Positions 28,804-37,987 of a stretch of DNA of 64,000 nucleotides are shown in pieces. The translations under genes were made by a program, and so were the position numbers. Every line of letters starts with the position of its first letter. The first letter of the stretch is position 1. The stretch covers positions 3,360,001 through 3,424,000 of the forward strand of contig OZ252100.1 in the NCBI GenBank assembly GCA_965248435.1. Reading direction: 5' to 3'. The DNA comes from Candidatus Latescibacterota bacterium. Lineage in GTDB: Bacteria; Latescibacterota; UBA2968; GCA-2709665. The notes below the pieces were generated by a model. It saw only the letters and a list, made by a program, of their open reading frames with translations, ran no database searches and was not told the DNA's origin.

Positions 28804-29957
28804 GGCGGCTGCTCCGAGTCCGCTGTGAGCGGGAAGCCAAGCGTGTCGAAGTGGACCGTTCTCCCGAGGACGCTGACGGTGGTGTCTGAAACCTTCCCGA
28901 GGATGCCCAACGCGAGTGTCACGACAATGAGGACGACGCCGATGCTGATGACGACGGGTCTCCGTCGGGGGTGCCTTTCGGGCGACCTGTCGAGAAACGG
29001 TAGGAGAAAGACCAAGAGACCTGCCACCGGCGGAAGCGCAACCGCCAATGCTTCGGGCAGGATCTTCAGAAGTTGGAACATGGGCAGAAAGTACCATTCC
29101 GGCTTGATTCCTGGCGGTGTTTCGAATGGATTCGCGGGTTCTCCGAGGTGGAATGGGAAAAGGATGGCGAGCGTGAACAGGATGCCGAGGAGCAGGTATG
29201 CGATGATGGCCTCGAACAGGATGTGGTTTGGAAAGAATGGCCTGCCACCGGCCCGGAGCAGGGCGTTGGGTTCAGGCTCGGGTGCGTCTGTTCTGGAGAG
29301 CGGTGAAGTACCCTGAAGCCTGACGAGGACGAGATGCAGGGTTACGAGGACGAAAAGCGCAATCGGGAGCAGGGCGACGTGCGTCACGAAGAAACGTCCG
29401 AGGGTGACCTCACTCACCTCACTGCCTCCGCGCATGAATTCCTTCGAAATCTGGCCGATGAGTGGAAGTGATGCGGGGGCCTCCGTGCCGACTGTTGTCG
29501 CCCAAAACGCAAGCTGGTCCCAGGGGAGGAGATAACCCGTAAAGCCAAAGCCGAGAATCGTTCCAAAGATCACCACCCCGAGCATCCAAGTGACTTCCCG
29601 AGGGGCCTTGTATCCGCCATATAAAAAGGTCTTGATCATGTGGAGGAAGACAACCCCCACCATCAGGTTCGACCCCCAGACGTGGAGCTGTCGAATGAGC
29701 CAGCCAAAGGGGACGGACTGAGTGATGAATTGCACGCTCGCGTAGGCGCCCTTGACGGTCGGTTTGTAATAGAACATGAGCAACAGACCCGTGATGGCCT
29801 GAAGGAGGAAGAGGAGGAGGGCCAACGAACCCAGGGTAAAGAGGATATTGGTGTGAGGCGGGACAGGCCTACTGACGTGTCTGCGTATCCCGGTGAAGAG
29901 GGCCTTCAACGGATATCTATCAGTAAGCCAGCTTTGTAGTGATTCCAGGCCTTTCAT
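28800..29957 (-). CDS. Cytochrome b of a Rieske/cytochrome b complex (unsplit)
   Basis: Four heme His (LHVWG..FLHM; THVA..LHLV), GYLLPWDQ, KPEWY; ATGA overlap with the Rieske gene. Confidence 0.93.
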   Translation of the reverse strand: MKGLESLQSWLTDRYPLKALFTGIRRHVSRPVPPHTNILFTLGSLALLLFLLQAITGLLLMFYYKPTVKGAYASVQFITQSVPFGWLIRQLHVWGSNLMVGVVFLHMIKTFLYGGYKAPREVTWMLGVVIFGTILGFGFTGYLLPWDQLAFWATTVGTEAPASLPLIGQISKEFMRGGSEVSEVTLGRFFVTHVALLPIALFVLVTLHLVLVRLQGTSPLSRTDAPEPEPNALLRAGGRPFFPNHILFEAIIAYLLLGILFTLAILFPFHLGEPANPFETPPGIKPEWYFLPMFQLLKILPEALAVALPPVAGLLVFLLPFLDRSPERHPRRRPVVISIGVVLIVVTLALGILGKVSDTTVSVLGRTVHFDTLGFPLTADSEQPP

Positions 29958-30445
29958 GCCCGAACGATCCTGTTTCCCAGTGCGCGCAGGGCGACGACTT
30001 GCAGAGGCTCCGGAGGCGGTCCTCCCGTCACGCTTCCCACGAGATCGAACCTCCCCCCGTGGCACGGACACTCAATCTGATTGCTCGTACTGTTCCACCT
30101 GACGACACATCCGAGGTGACTGCAGACCGCGATAAATCCGAGCAACTGACCGCGACTTCTGATGACGAGGGTGGGTTGACCCAACAGGCGCCCAACCACA
30201 CCGGCGCCCTCCTTGACCGCTTCCGGATCTATCGGGCTTCCGGTGGGGTCTTCAAGGGTGTTGGCGAGTTCGGACGAACGTTTCAGAGGAGATAAATAGG
30301 CAAGTGCGGGCGAGAGAAATCCGATCGCCGTCGCCACGAATCCGATTCCGATGAACGCGTCCAGAAATTTTCGCCGTGTAAGATGTGCGCCGAATGGCTG
30401 AGTCACTTGGATCGTCCACAAAAAAGACCGGTTGCCGCCGGCCAC
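29954..30445 (-). CDS. Rieske 2Fe-2S protein
   Basis: TRRKFL Tat motif, CSHLGC, CPCHGG. Start uncertain. Confidence 0.93.
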   Translation of the reverse strand: MAGGNRSFLWTIQVTQPFGAHLTRRKFLDAFIGIGFVATAIGFLSPALAYLSPLKRSSELANTLEDPTGSPIDPEAVKEGAGVVGRLLGQPTLVIRSRGQLLGFIAVCSHLGCVVRWNSTSNQIECPCHGGRFDLVGSVTGGPPPEPLQVVALRALGNRIVRA

Positions 30446-30482
30446 CGGTCGAAGCGAATCACTTCATGCGTTTGAGATAGGG

Positions 30483-31409
30483 CTATCCACCCAGTTTCTG
30501 GAGACTCGCCCGAACAGCCTCTGCTGAGGTCTTCAGCGCGTCGGCTTCCTCAGGGGTCAGGGCGATTTCGATGATTCCCTCCACGCCACCTGCACCGAGT
30601 TTGACCGGAACGCCCATAAAGAGGTCGTGAATCCCGTACTGGCCCGTCAGCCAGGCCGCACAGGGCAAGATTCGTTTCTTGTCCAGTGAGATTGCCGCCA
30701 CCATCTCCGCTACCGCAGATGCGGGGGCATAATAGGCGCTGCCCTCCTCGAGGTGACCGACGATCTCTGCTCCGCCGTCCCGCGTTCGCTGGACCAATTT
30801 CGTAATCGATGCTTCGTCAAGGAATTCAAAGAGGGGGATTCCACCGATGGAAGAGTAGCGAGGAAGCGGGACCATCGAATCGCCGTGGCCGCCCAACACA
30901 AATGCCGTTACATCCTCAACCGACACGCCGACTTCCTCGGCGATGAAATAGCGAAATCTGGCGGAATCGAGGATGCCCGCCATGCCGACAACGCGCGTGG
31001 GGGGGAAACCTGTGGCCTCGAACGCGACATAGACCATCGCGTCGAGCGGGTTGGTAACAACGATGACGATCGCGTCCGGCGCAAAGTCTCGCGTGTGCCC
31101 GCTAACGGAGCGAACGATGTCGGCATTTGTAGCCAGGAGGTCATCCCGGCTCATCCCGGGCTTCCGGGCGATACCTGCGGTGATCACAACGAGATCGCAG
31201 GCCTCGAGCGCCTCGGGGTTGTCGGTACCGACTATTCGAGTGTCGAACCGATCAACCGGGGCAGATTCGGCCAGGTCCAGTCCCTTGCCCTTCGCAATTC
31301 CCCCTGCCACATCGAGAAGGATGACCTCTCGGGCAAGTTCTCGCTGGACAATCAGCTGTGCGGTGGTCGCACCTACGTTGCCCGCGCCCACAATTCCAAT
31401 CTTCACCAA
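30483..31409 (-). CDS. mdh: Malate dehydrogenase (LDH-like)
   Basis: [29 protein letters not shown]. Confidence 0.95.
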   Translation of the reverse strand: MVKIGIVGAGNVGATTAQLIVQRELAREVILLDVAGGIAKGKGLDLAESAPVDRFDTRIVGTDNPEALEACDLVVITAGIARKPGMSRDDLLATNADIVRSVSGHTRDFAPDAIVIVVTNPLDAMVYVAFEATGFPPTRVVGMAGILDSARFRYFIAEEVGVSVEDVTAFVLGGHGDSMVPLPRYSSIGGIPLFEFLDEASITKLVQRTRDGGAEIVGHLEEGSAYYAPASAVAEMVAAISLDKKRILPCAAWLTGQYGIHDLFMGVPVKLGAGGVEGIIEIALTPEEADALKTSAEAVRASLQKLGG

Positions 31410-31412
31410 ATC

Positions 31413-31673
31413 CTAGCCCGCCTGGGCGTAGACGCTGACCTTTTTTCGACGGCGGTCGACTTGCTCAAAGGTCACGACGCCGTCTATCAGAGCGAAGATG
31501 GAGTCGTCCCTTGCTCTGCGGACGTTTTCGCCGGGATGAATGCGAGTGCCCCGCTGCCGGACGATGATGCTCCCTGCGGACACGACCTGCCCACCAAACA
31601 CCTTTACCCCCAGACGCTGCCCTTTGCTGTCTCGTCCATTGCGAGAACTTCCGCCGGCCTTTTTATGCGCCAT
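31413..31673 (-). CDS. rpmA: 50S ribosomal protein L27
   Basis: [16 protein letters not shown]. Confidence 0.98.
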   Translation of the reverse strand: MAHKKAGGSSRNGRDSKGQRLGVKVFGGQVVSAGSIIVRQRGTRIHPGENVRRARDDSIFALIDGVVTFEQVDRRRKKVSVYAQAG

Positions 31674-32001
31674 TGTTCGCCTCCTGATCCTGGACCGAGA
31701 TGCCCTCAATCTGAAGTTCGGTGAATTGCTGTCTGTGACCGGTCTTTTTTCTATAGCCTTTTCGGCGCTTCATCTTGAACACGAAGATTTTCTGGTCTTT
31801 TCCGTGTCCGACCACCGTGGCTTCTACAGTCGCTCCTTCCAACTGAGGCGTACCAACCTGAACCTCCTGACCCCGGGCGACGAAAAGGACGCGGTCCAGT
31901 GTCACTTTCTCCCCGGACTCGGCCTTCATGCGTGGTACTTTTATCCGGTCGCCTTCATGAATTTTGACCTGGGACCCCAAAACATCGATCACTGCATACA
32001 T
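31663..32001 (-). CDS. rplU: 50S ribosomal protein L21
   Basis: MYAVI...[17 protein letters not shown]. Confidence 0.97.
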   Translation of the reverse strand: MYAVIDVLGSQVKIHEGDRIKVPRMKAESGEKVTLDRVLFVARGQEVQVGTPQLEGATVEATVVGHGKDQKIFVFKMKRRKGYRKKTGHRQQFTELQIEGISVQDQEANNGA

Positions 32002-32074
32002 TGAAGCCGTCCTCTGAAAATCCTGGTGGAAAGCCGTTTAGAGGGAAAAACTTTAACCAAACTGGAAAGCTGTG

Positions 32075-33616
32075 TCAAGTTTTAAATTCGTCAGTTATGT
32101 CCTGTTTTCGCTTTCTGGAATAAACTCTATACTCGTCTATCGCCAAATCCGGATCCATCTCTACGTTCAACCAGACACGCGTGGACCTGCGCAGCCGTTT
32201 TAGTCTATCTCGCCTGTTTTCCAGTATGTATTCGCCCAGGGTCGGGTTGACGACGACCGAAAGTCGGCGCTCGGTCGAGGCGGCTCGTGACCGTCTAAGC
32301 CACCGCTCGATCCTTGCGAGCGTGGTTTCTCTCGTCGCTACGCGGCCAGTTCCCTCGCAGGTTGGGCACGCTTCACTGAATGTGAAGAGGAGACTCGGAC
32401 GGACGCGCCGCCTAGTCATCTCCATAAGCCCGAACTCGCTCAGTTCCGAGGTCCGGGGACGGGAGCGATCTCGACGGATGGCCTGCCTGAACTCCTCTTC
32501 CAGTTTCTTTCTGTTTTTGGAAAATGCCATGTCGATAAAATCCATCACAATGATGCCTCCGATGTCTCGGAGCCGAAGCTGTCGGGCGATTTCTCGGGCT
32601 GCTTCCAGGTTGATTTTGAGCGCTGTCTCTTCTTGGTCACGCCGACCCACGTAGCGTCCGCTGTTGACGTCGATCGCGACTAAGGCCTCGGTGTGGTCGA
32701 GGACCAGGTATCCTCCGCCCTTAAGCCATACCTTTCGCTCCGAGCACTTTTCGATTTCCTGCTCGATCCCGAATGCATCGAAGATCGGTCGTTTCTCATC
32801 GTGATATTCCACTTTTTCTCGAAGTTGTGGGGAAGTTCCCTTGAGATAGGACAGGATCTGCTTGTACTCTCGTTTCGAGTCGACAACCACGCGATCAACC
32901 TGCTCGGTGAAGAGGTCTCGGATGAGACTGGAAGTCATTCCCATTTCCTTGTGCAGGAGGACCGGAGCTTCCGCTTTCTGCGACTGCTTTTGAATCCGCT
33001 GCCATGTGCTCACGAGGTTCTTAAGGTCTCGCGTAAGTTCCCGATCTCCCTTCCCCACCGCTTCCGTCCTTACGATCACCCCATATCCGTCCGGCTTCAT
33101 TCCACGAGCCAGGTCCTTCAGCCGGCGTTTTTCACTCCAATTGGCGATCTTTCTGGAGACACCCACCTTCTCACCGTTTGGCACCAGGACCATAAATCGT
33201 CCCGGGAGGGAGGGCACGGCCGTGACTCTTGGTCCCTTGGTGCTGATCGCTTCCTTCGTGATCTGGACTAGAATCTCTTGCCCCTTCTCGATCATCTCCT
33301 CTATCGGGACGACCGGTTTTCCCCTGGCGTTCGTACGCACATCGGCTTCTTCCAGGATCTCTTCATCCAATTCGACCATCGATCCTGGCGACCCAGGCAT
33401 GTCGGAGACGTGGAGAAAGGTAGACTTTTCGCCTCCGATATCGACAAAGGAGGCCTGCATGCCGGGGAGGACGGCCGATACCGTCCCCTTATAGATGTTT
33501 CCGACCATCCGCTCGTTTTCGGATCTTTCGACGAGGATCTCTACGAGCCTATCGTCTTCGAGGATGGCAATCCTGACTTCGTTTGAGGCTTCGTTGATGA
33601 TGATTTCCGTTTTCAC
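32075..33616 (-). CDS. Rne/Rng family ribonuclease
   Basis: GNIYKG S1 domain, AIDVNSG, RLRDIGGIIVMDFIDM, CPTCEGTG. Confidence 0.95.
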   Translation of the reverse strand: MKTEIIINEASNEVRIAILEDDRLVEILVERSENERMVGNIYKGTVSAVLPGMQASFVDIGGEKSTFLHVSDMPGSPGSMVELDEEILEEADVRTNARGKPVVPIEEMIEKGQEILVQITKEAISTKGPRVTAVPSLPGRFMVLVPNGEKVGVSRKIANWSEKRRLKDLARGMKPDGYGVIVRTEAVGKGDRELTRDLKNLVSTWQRIQKQSQKAEAPVLLHKEMGMTSSLIRDLFTEQVDRVVVDSKREYKQILSYLKGTSPQLREKVEYHDEKRPIFDAFGIEQEIEKCSERKVWLKGGGYLVLDHTEALVAIDVNSGRYVGRRDQEETALKINLEAAREIARQLRLRDIGGIIVMDFIDMAFSKNRKKLEEEFRQAIRRDRSRPRTSELSEFGLMEMTRRRVRPSLLFTFSEACPTCEGTGRVATRETTLARIERWLRRSRAASTERRLSVVVNPTLGEYILENRRDRLKRLRRSTRVWLNVEMDPDLAIDEYRVYSRKRKQDITDEFKT

Positions 33617-33761
33617 ACGCCCTGCACCCTTGCCCCTGCTTCAATTCAGGCAGACCTAAGAGATAAGCATCTGATATATATGAGGGTTATATGGTAAGGA
33701 TAACAAAATGGAGCAAGTCTGACAAGTCAAATTCTTCAGAAGTGGCCGATTCTGCACGAGG

Positions 33762-34499
33762 TCACGCCTCCACGACCTGCCTCGGAAAGACCGTAATCTC
33801 TTCAACGATCGCCCGGTCTGGCATCAAAGCGACCATCAGTGCCGCCGATGCGATATCATCGGCCTGGAGCATCACATCCAGTTTCCGCCTGGAGGGGGCC
33901 GTGGGCCGGGATTCGAGGATGGGCGTTTCGACCTCGCCAGGAAAGATCACGCACGCCCGGATTCCTATTTCTCGGAGTTCCTCGTTGACCGACTGGGCGA
34001 GGGAGACCATGCCGAATTTCGAGGCAGAGTATGCCGCTCCAGAGATCACGTGGGCACGCTTCGCACACATTGACGCGATGTTGATGATGAGACCCCCTCG
34101 CTGCTCCTTCATGCGGGGGAGCAAGGCCCTTATGCAATTGAAAGATCCTGTGAGGTTGACCTGGATGACCTGGTCCCAGGTCTCGGGAGGGATGTCCTCG
34201 AGGCCTCTTTCGGGGGTGTTGATGCCGGCATTGTTGACCAGGACGTCGACCCTTCCGAACTCAGCCACCGTTCGGTCGACGAGGTCCTGGACCGATGTGC
34301 GATCGGTCACGTCGGCGGTGACAGACAGGGCCTCTCCACCCCGACTTCGGATCTGCGATACCGTGTCTTCGAGAGGGGCAGGTCGTCGTCCGGCCAGTGC
34401 GACCGCGATCCCACCCTCGGCAAACCTCAGGGCTATGGCCCGGCCGATGCCGGTGCCGGCACCCGTTACGATCGCGGTCATTCCTTCCCGGCCTCCCAC
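33762..34499 (-). CDS. SDR family oxidoreductase
   Basis: TGAGTGIG, NNAG, YSASK. Start GTG 34499 or ATG 34481. Confidence 0.9.
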   Translation of the reverse strand: MGGREGMTAIVTGAGTGIGRAIALRFAEGGIAVALAGRRPAPLEDTVSQIRSRGGEALSVTADVTDRTSVQDLVDRTVAEFGRVDVLVNNAGINTPERGLEDIPPETWDQVIQVNLTGSFNCIRALLPRMKEQRGGLIINIASMCAKRAHVISGAAYSASKFGMVSLAQSVNEELREIGIRACVIFPGEVETPILESRPTAPSRRKLDVMLQADDIASAALMVALMPDRAIVEEITVFPRQVVEA

Positions 34500-34720
34500 G
34501 ATTGCAGTTCCCTTTCCGTTTTCGTGCCACCTCAAGGGTTTAGGGGGAAGGCCGAATGTAAAGATTCTGATTTGGGGCGTCAAGGGCGATTCGTGAACCG
34601 GTCTGTCAATGGACGTGACATCTTGACAGTGATTTTGTATATTACTTTATACCTTGCAGTTAGGCAGTTCTGACCCCTTTCGGGTCGCATTCCCGCGTGT
34701 GAGGGCTAGATCTGGCTGAA

Positions 34721-35941
34721 ATGATTCCGATGGACGAGGCGGTTCGGATCGTCCTGGAGCATACCCGGACTGTCGACGCGATCTCAGCCGATTTGATGGA
34801 TTCCCTCGGTCGAGTCCTGGCTGAGGACGTGGCATCGGACGTCGATATGCCGCCCTTCAACAAATCGATGATGGATGGTTACGCTGTCTTCGGGGAGGAT
34901 CTACGAGAGGCGTCGGCGGAACGTCCTGCCGTTCTGGAGGTTATAGAAGAGATCCCGGCCGGGACCGTCCCAAAGAAGCCCGTTTCAGGGGGGCAGGCGG
35001 CCCGAATCATGACGGGCGCCCCCATCCCCGAAGGTGCCGATTCGGTCGTCATGGTCGAGGACACTGCGGACGAGGCGGACGGCAAACGGGTGAAAGTCTT
35101 TGAGCCGACGGAAATCGGCGAAAACGTCATCCCCCTGGGTGAGGATCTCCGTCAGGGCCAGGTGGTGCTCAGATCCGGCAAAGTGATTCGTCCCCCGGAA
35201 GTTGGAATCCTCGCGAGTGTCGGGGCAGTGACGGTCGCCGTCTATCGGCAGCCAACCGTTGCTGTGATCGCGACGGGGAGCGAAGTCGTGGAGCCTAAGA
35301 ACCGACCCGAGCCCGGCCAGATCCGAAATAGCAACGCCTATTCCATGATGGCTCAGGTCGAGCGCGCCGGAGCGAAGGCCCAGTATCTAGGGATCGTGGA
35401 AGACCGTGAGTCAGATCTGGAGCGTGTGATTGCGGAAGGGCTGGAGGCGTGCGACGTGGTGCTTCTCTCGGGAGGCGTGTCGGCGGGGGTGTATGACCTT
35501 GTGCAGACTGCGATGCGGGCGTGCGGGGTGGAGGTGCTCTTCGAACGGATTCGAATGAAGCCGGGTAAACCCTTGACGTTCGGGGTGAGGGGGAACCAAC
35601 TCGTGTTCGGACTGCCAGGGAATCCTGTTTCGGCCGTAGTCGGTCTGGAGCTGTTGGTCCGGCCGGCGATTCGAAAGATGCAAGAGATGGAGGAGATCCA
35701 CCGACCGATCGTGCGCGGGATCTTGACGGAAGGGTTCAGGCAGACACCGGGCCGGAAGCAGTACGTACCGGCCTTGTGCAAGGCCCACAACGGCGTCTGG
35801 GAAACTCGCTGGGTCGGCCATCACGGGTCGGGCGATCTGTTTTCACTTTCACGAGCCAACAGCCTTTTTGTTGTGGAAGCAGAAATAGAGCGACTCGATG
35901 AGGGTGACGCCGTCGACGTCATTCTGCTTGAGGAGTGGTAG
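34721..35941 (+). CDS. moeA: Molybdopterin molybdotransferase
   Basis: PPFNKSMMDGYA, IMTGAP, SGGVSAG, KPGKP, LPGNP. Confidence 0.95.
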   Translation: MIPMDEAVRIVLEHTRTVDAISADLMDSLGRVLAEDVASDVDMPPFNKSMMDGYAVFGEDLREASAERPAVLEVIEEIPAGTVPKKPVSGGQAARIMTGAPIPEGADSVVMVEDTADEADGKRVKVFEPTEIGENVIPLGEDLRQGQVVLRSGKVIRPPEVGILASVGAVTVAVYRQPTVAVIATGSEVVEPKNRPEPGQIRNSNAYSMMAQVERAGAKAQYLGIVEDRESDLERVIAEGLEACDVVLLSGGVSAGVYDLVQTAMRACGVEVLFERIRMKPGKPLTFGVRGNQLVFGLPGNPVSAVVGLELLVRPAIRKMQEMEEIHRPIVRGILTEGFRQTPGRKQYVPALCKAHNGVWETRWVGHHGSGDLFSLSRANSLFVVEAEIERLDEGDAVDVILLEEW

Positions 35942-36007
35942 CGGGTGTGATGCCCGGACAGGATTCCTCGAAAGGCGAGCGCGAGAGATTTTCGGACCGG
36001 GGGTTCT

Positions 36008-36481
36008 ATGGCGAAACTGACTCACGTGGATTCCGATGGGGCTGTGCGGATGGTCGACGTTACCGACAAGAAGGTGACGAGGCGTGAAGCGGTGGCTGCA
36101 GGTGAGATCCACCTGAATCCTGAAACGATCGAACTCATCACTCGCGGCAAGGTGCCCAAGGGCAATGTGTTGGAGACGGCCCGGATTGCGGGCATCATGG
36201 CCGCGAAACGTACGGCGGACATCATTCCCCTCTGCCATTCCCTGTCTGTTACTGGCGTGGAACTGGCCTTTGAGGTGGGCTTGGATCGGATTGAAGCGAC
36301 GGCGCGTGTGGCCGTTCCCGAACGAACCGGCGTAGAAATGGAAGCCTTATCGGCCGTGTGTGTGTCACTTCTCACTGTGTATGATATGTGTAAAGCGGTG
36401 GACAAAGAGATGGTCATCGGACAAATCAGGCTGTTAGAAAAGACCGGTGGGAGTGCCGGCGCCAACACCCGGAAAAACTGA
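36008..36481 (+). CDS. moaC: Cyclic pyranopterin monophosphate synthase
   Basis: MVDVTDK, IPLCH, TGVEMEAL, YDMCKAVD. Confidence 0.96.
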   Translation: MAKLTHVDSDGAVRMVDVTDKKVTRREAVAAGEIHLNPETIELITRGKVPKGNVLETARIAGIMAAKRTADIIPLCHSLSVTGVELAFEVGLDRIEATARVAVPERTGVEMEALSAVCVSLLTVYDMCKAVDKEMVIGQIRLLEKTGGSAGANTRKN

Positions 36482-36493
36482 AACGAGGCTGCT

Positions 36494-36790
36494 ATGGACT
36501 TCGATTTTTCTCTCGATTGGATCTTTATGGTGCTCACGTTGGCCAGTGTGGTCTTCCTCCTTCAGATTATGGTGGACTATAACAGGAAAGCATCTGTGAT
36601 GAGCCCTCAGCTTCGGCACGCCAATCAGATTCTGGCAAGGCACGCGGAGGAGATGGAAAAGATCGAGGGCCTGATGGAGGAGGCCCGGAAGGAGGCAGGT
36701 GAACTAGACGCGCCTCTCGCGACCCTCGAGGCGCGCAACGATGAGTTGGATTCGAAGCTAAAGGCGCTCGAGAAACAGAGCGAAGAGTAA
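36494..36790 (+). CDS. Membrane-anchored coiled-coil hypothetical protein
   Basis: GAGG RBS, N-terminal TM helix, E/K-rich heptads. Confidence 0.7.
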   Translation: MDFDFSLDWIFMVLTLASVVFLLQIMVDYNRKASVMSPQLRHANQILARHAEEMEKIEGLMEEARKEAGELDAPLATLEARNDELDSKLKALEKQSEE

Positions 36791-36813
36791 AAGGCTGGAT
36801 TCAGGGAAACCGC

Positions 36814-36842
36814 TTGACAATGGTTTGTTCCGTATTTAGATT
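36814..36842 (+). promoter_or_regulatory. Sigma-70 promoter of the tRNA
   Basis: TTGACA-17 nt-TAGATT. Confidence 0.75.
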
Positions 36843-36900
36843 TTTCAGGTTTTACAGGTGTTTTTCTCCGAGACAGCCGTCTCGATTTATTTTGCGATGG

Positions 36901-36973
36901 GCGCCCATAGCTCAACAGGCAGAGCAGCTGACTCTTAATCAGAAGGTTCGGGGTTCGATTCCCTGTGGGCGCA
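36901..36973 (+). tRNA. tRNA-Lys (CTT), CCA not encoded
   Basis: Acceptor GCGCCCA/TGGGCGC, D arm GCTC/GAGC, anticodon arm CTGA-CTCTTAA-TCAG, GGTTCGATT T loop. Confidence 0.96.
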
Positions 36974-37108
36974 ATTTTTTAATTCCAAGCAAGGTTCGAT
37001 TCAATTCTGCTGCAAAGGTTGAGGCTGGGTCCTTTCAATCCAGGTCCAGCCTCTGCTATTTAGACCTTAGGAAAAATTCCGCTGATTCAGATCTGATTGG
37101 AGATCTTG

Positions 37109-37972
37109 ATGGATCGTGAAGACATACGGCTGAGCATCCGAAATATCAAGAATCTGCCGACGCTTCCCATTATCGTGGGTCGAATCCTTGAGGTGGCGGA
37201 CGATACGGGGGCGAGCGCGAACGAATTGGCAGAGATCGTTTCCAAGGACATGTCGGTTTCGGCGAAGGTCCTGAATCTGGCCAACTCGGCTTTCTACGGG
37301 TTTTCCAGGCGTATTACGACCATTCCTCAGGCCGTGGTTGTTCTCGGTTTCGACACTGTTCGAAGCCTTGCGCTAAGCGTCTCCGTGTTCGAAACTCTGA
37401 AGGCATCAGAGGAGGGAGTGAGCTTCGACCGGGAGGCCTTCTGGATTCATTCGATCGGATGCGGGTCTGGTGCCAAACTGATCGCTAAGGGACTGGGATA
37501 CAAAGACACAGGGACTTTTTTCGTGGCGGGCCTGTTGCACGACCTGGGAAAAGTGATCCTGGATACCTATTTTAACGAGTTGTATCAGGAAGTCGTCGAA
37601 GAGATGGTGGAGGAAGAACGCTCGGCGCTGGATGCGGAAACAGATATCCTGGATATTGATCACGCGGAAGTCGGGGGCTGGCTGGCCGCGCGTTGGAAGT
37701 TTCCAGAGGTACTGGTTTCGCCGATTGCCTACCATCATAACCCCATCGCGGCCGAAGAGCAGTATCTCAAAGAATGCCTGATCGTCCACCTCGCAGACAC
37801 CCTGATCAAGCGGGCCAAGATCGGGCTCTGTTATGAAACCGAGATCTCGGAGCCGCACGACATGGTGCATTCTCATCTCAAGCTTTCTTCTCAGGACATT
37901 TCCGGCCTCGAGGAGGCGATCCATAGTGAGCGGGATCAGATCAACGAGTTCTTCGGCCAGCTGTCTGGATAG
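37109..37972 (+). CDS. HDOD domain protein
   Basis: LPTLP, LANSAFYG, FWIHS, GLLHDLGK, DHAEVG..W..P...IAYHH. Confidence 0.92.
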   Translation: MDREDIRLSIRNIKNLPTLPIIVGRILEVADDTGASANELAEIVSKDMSVSAKVLNLANSAFYGFSRRITTIPQAVVVLGFDTVRSLALSVSVFETLKASEEGVSFDREAFWIHSIGCGSGAKLIAKGLGYKDTGTFFVAGLLHDLGKVILDTYFNELYQEVVEEMVEEERSALDAETDILDIDHAEVGGWLAARWKFPEVLVSPIAYHHNPIAAEEQYLKECLIVHLADTLIKRAKIGLCYETEISEPHDMVHSHLKLSSQDISGLEEAIHSERDQINEFFGQLSG

Positions 37973-37987
37973 GAATAAGGGAAGACC

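Noticed and set aside
34650-34720. Moco riboswitch upstream of moeA
   Set aside because: Only a small GACCC-CTTTC-GGGTC hairpin; I could not find the conserved multi-stem motif.
36901-37100. Integrative element at tRNA-Lys
   Set aside because: No integrase and no duplicated tRNA 3' end seen in the window.
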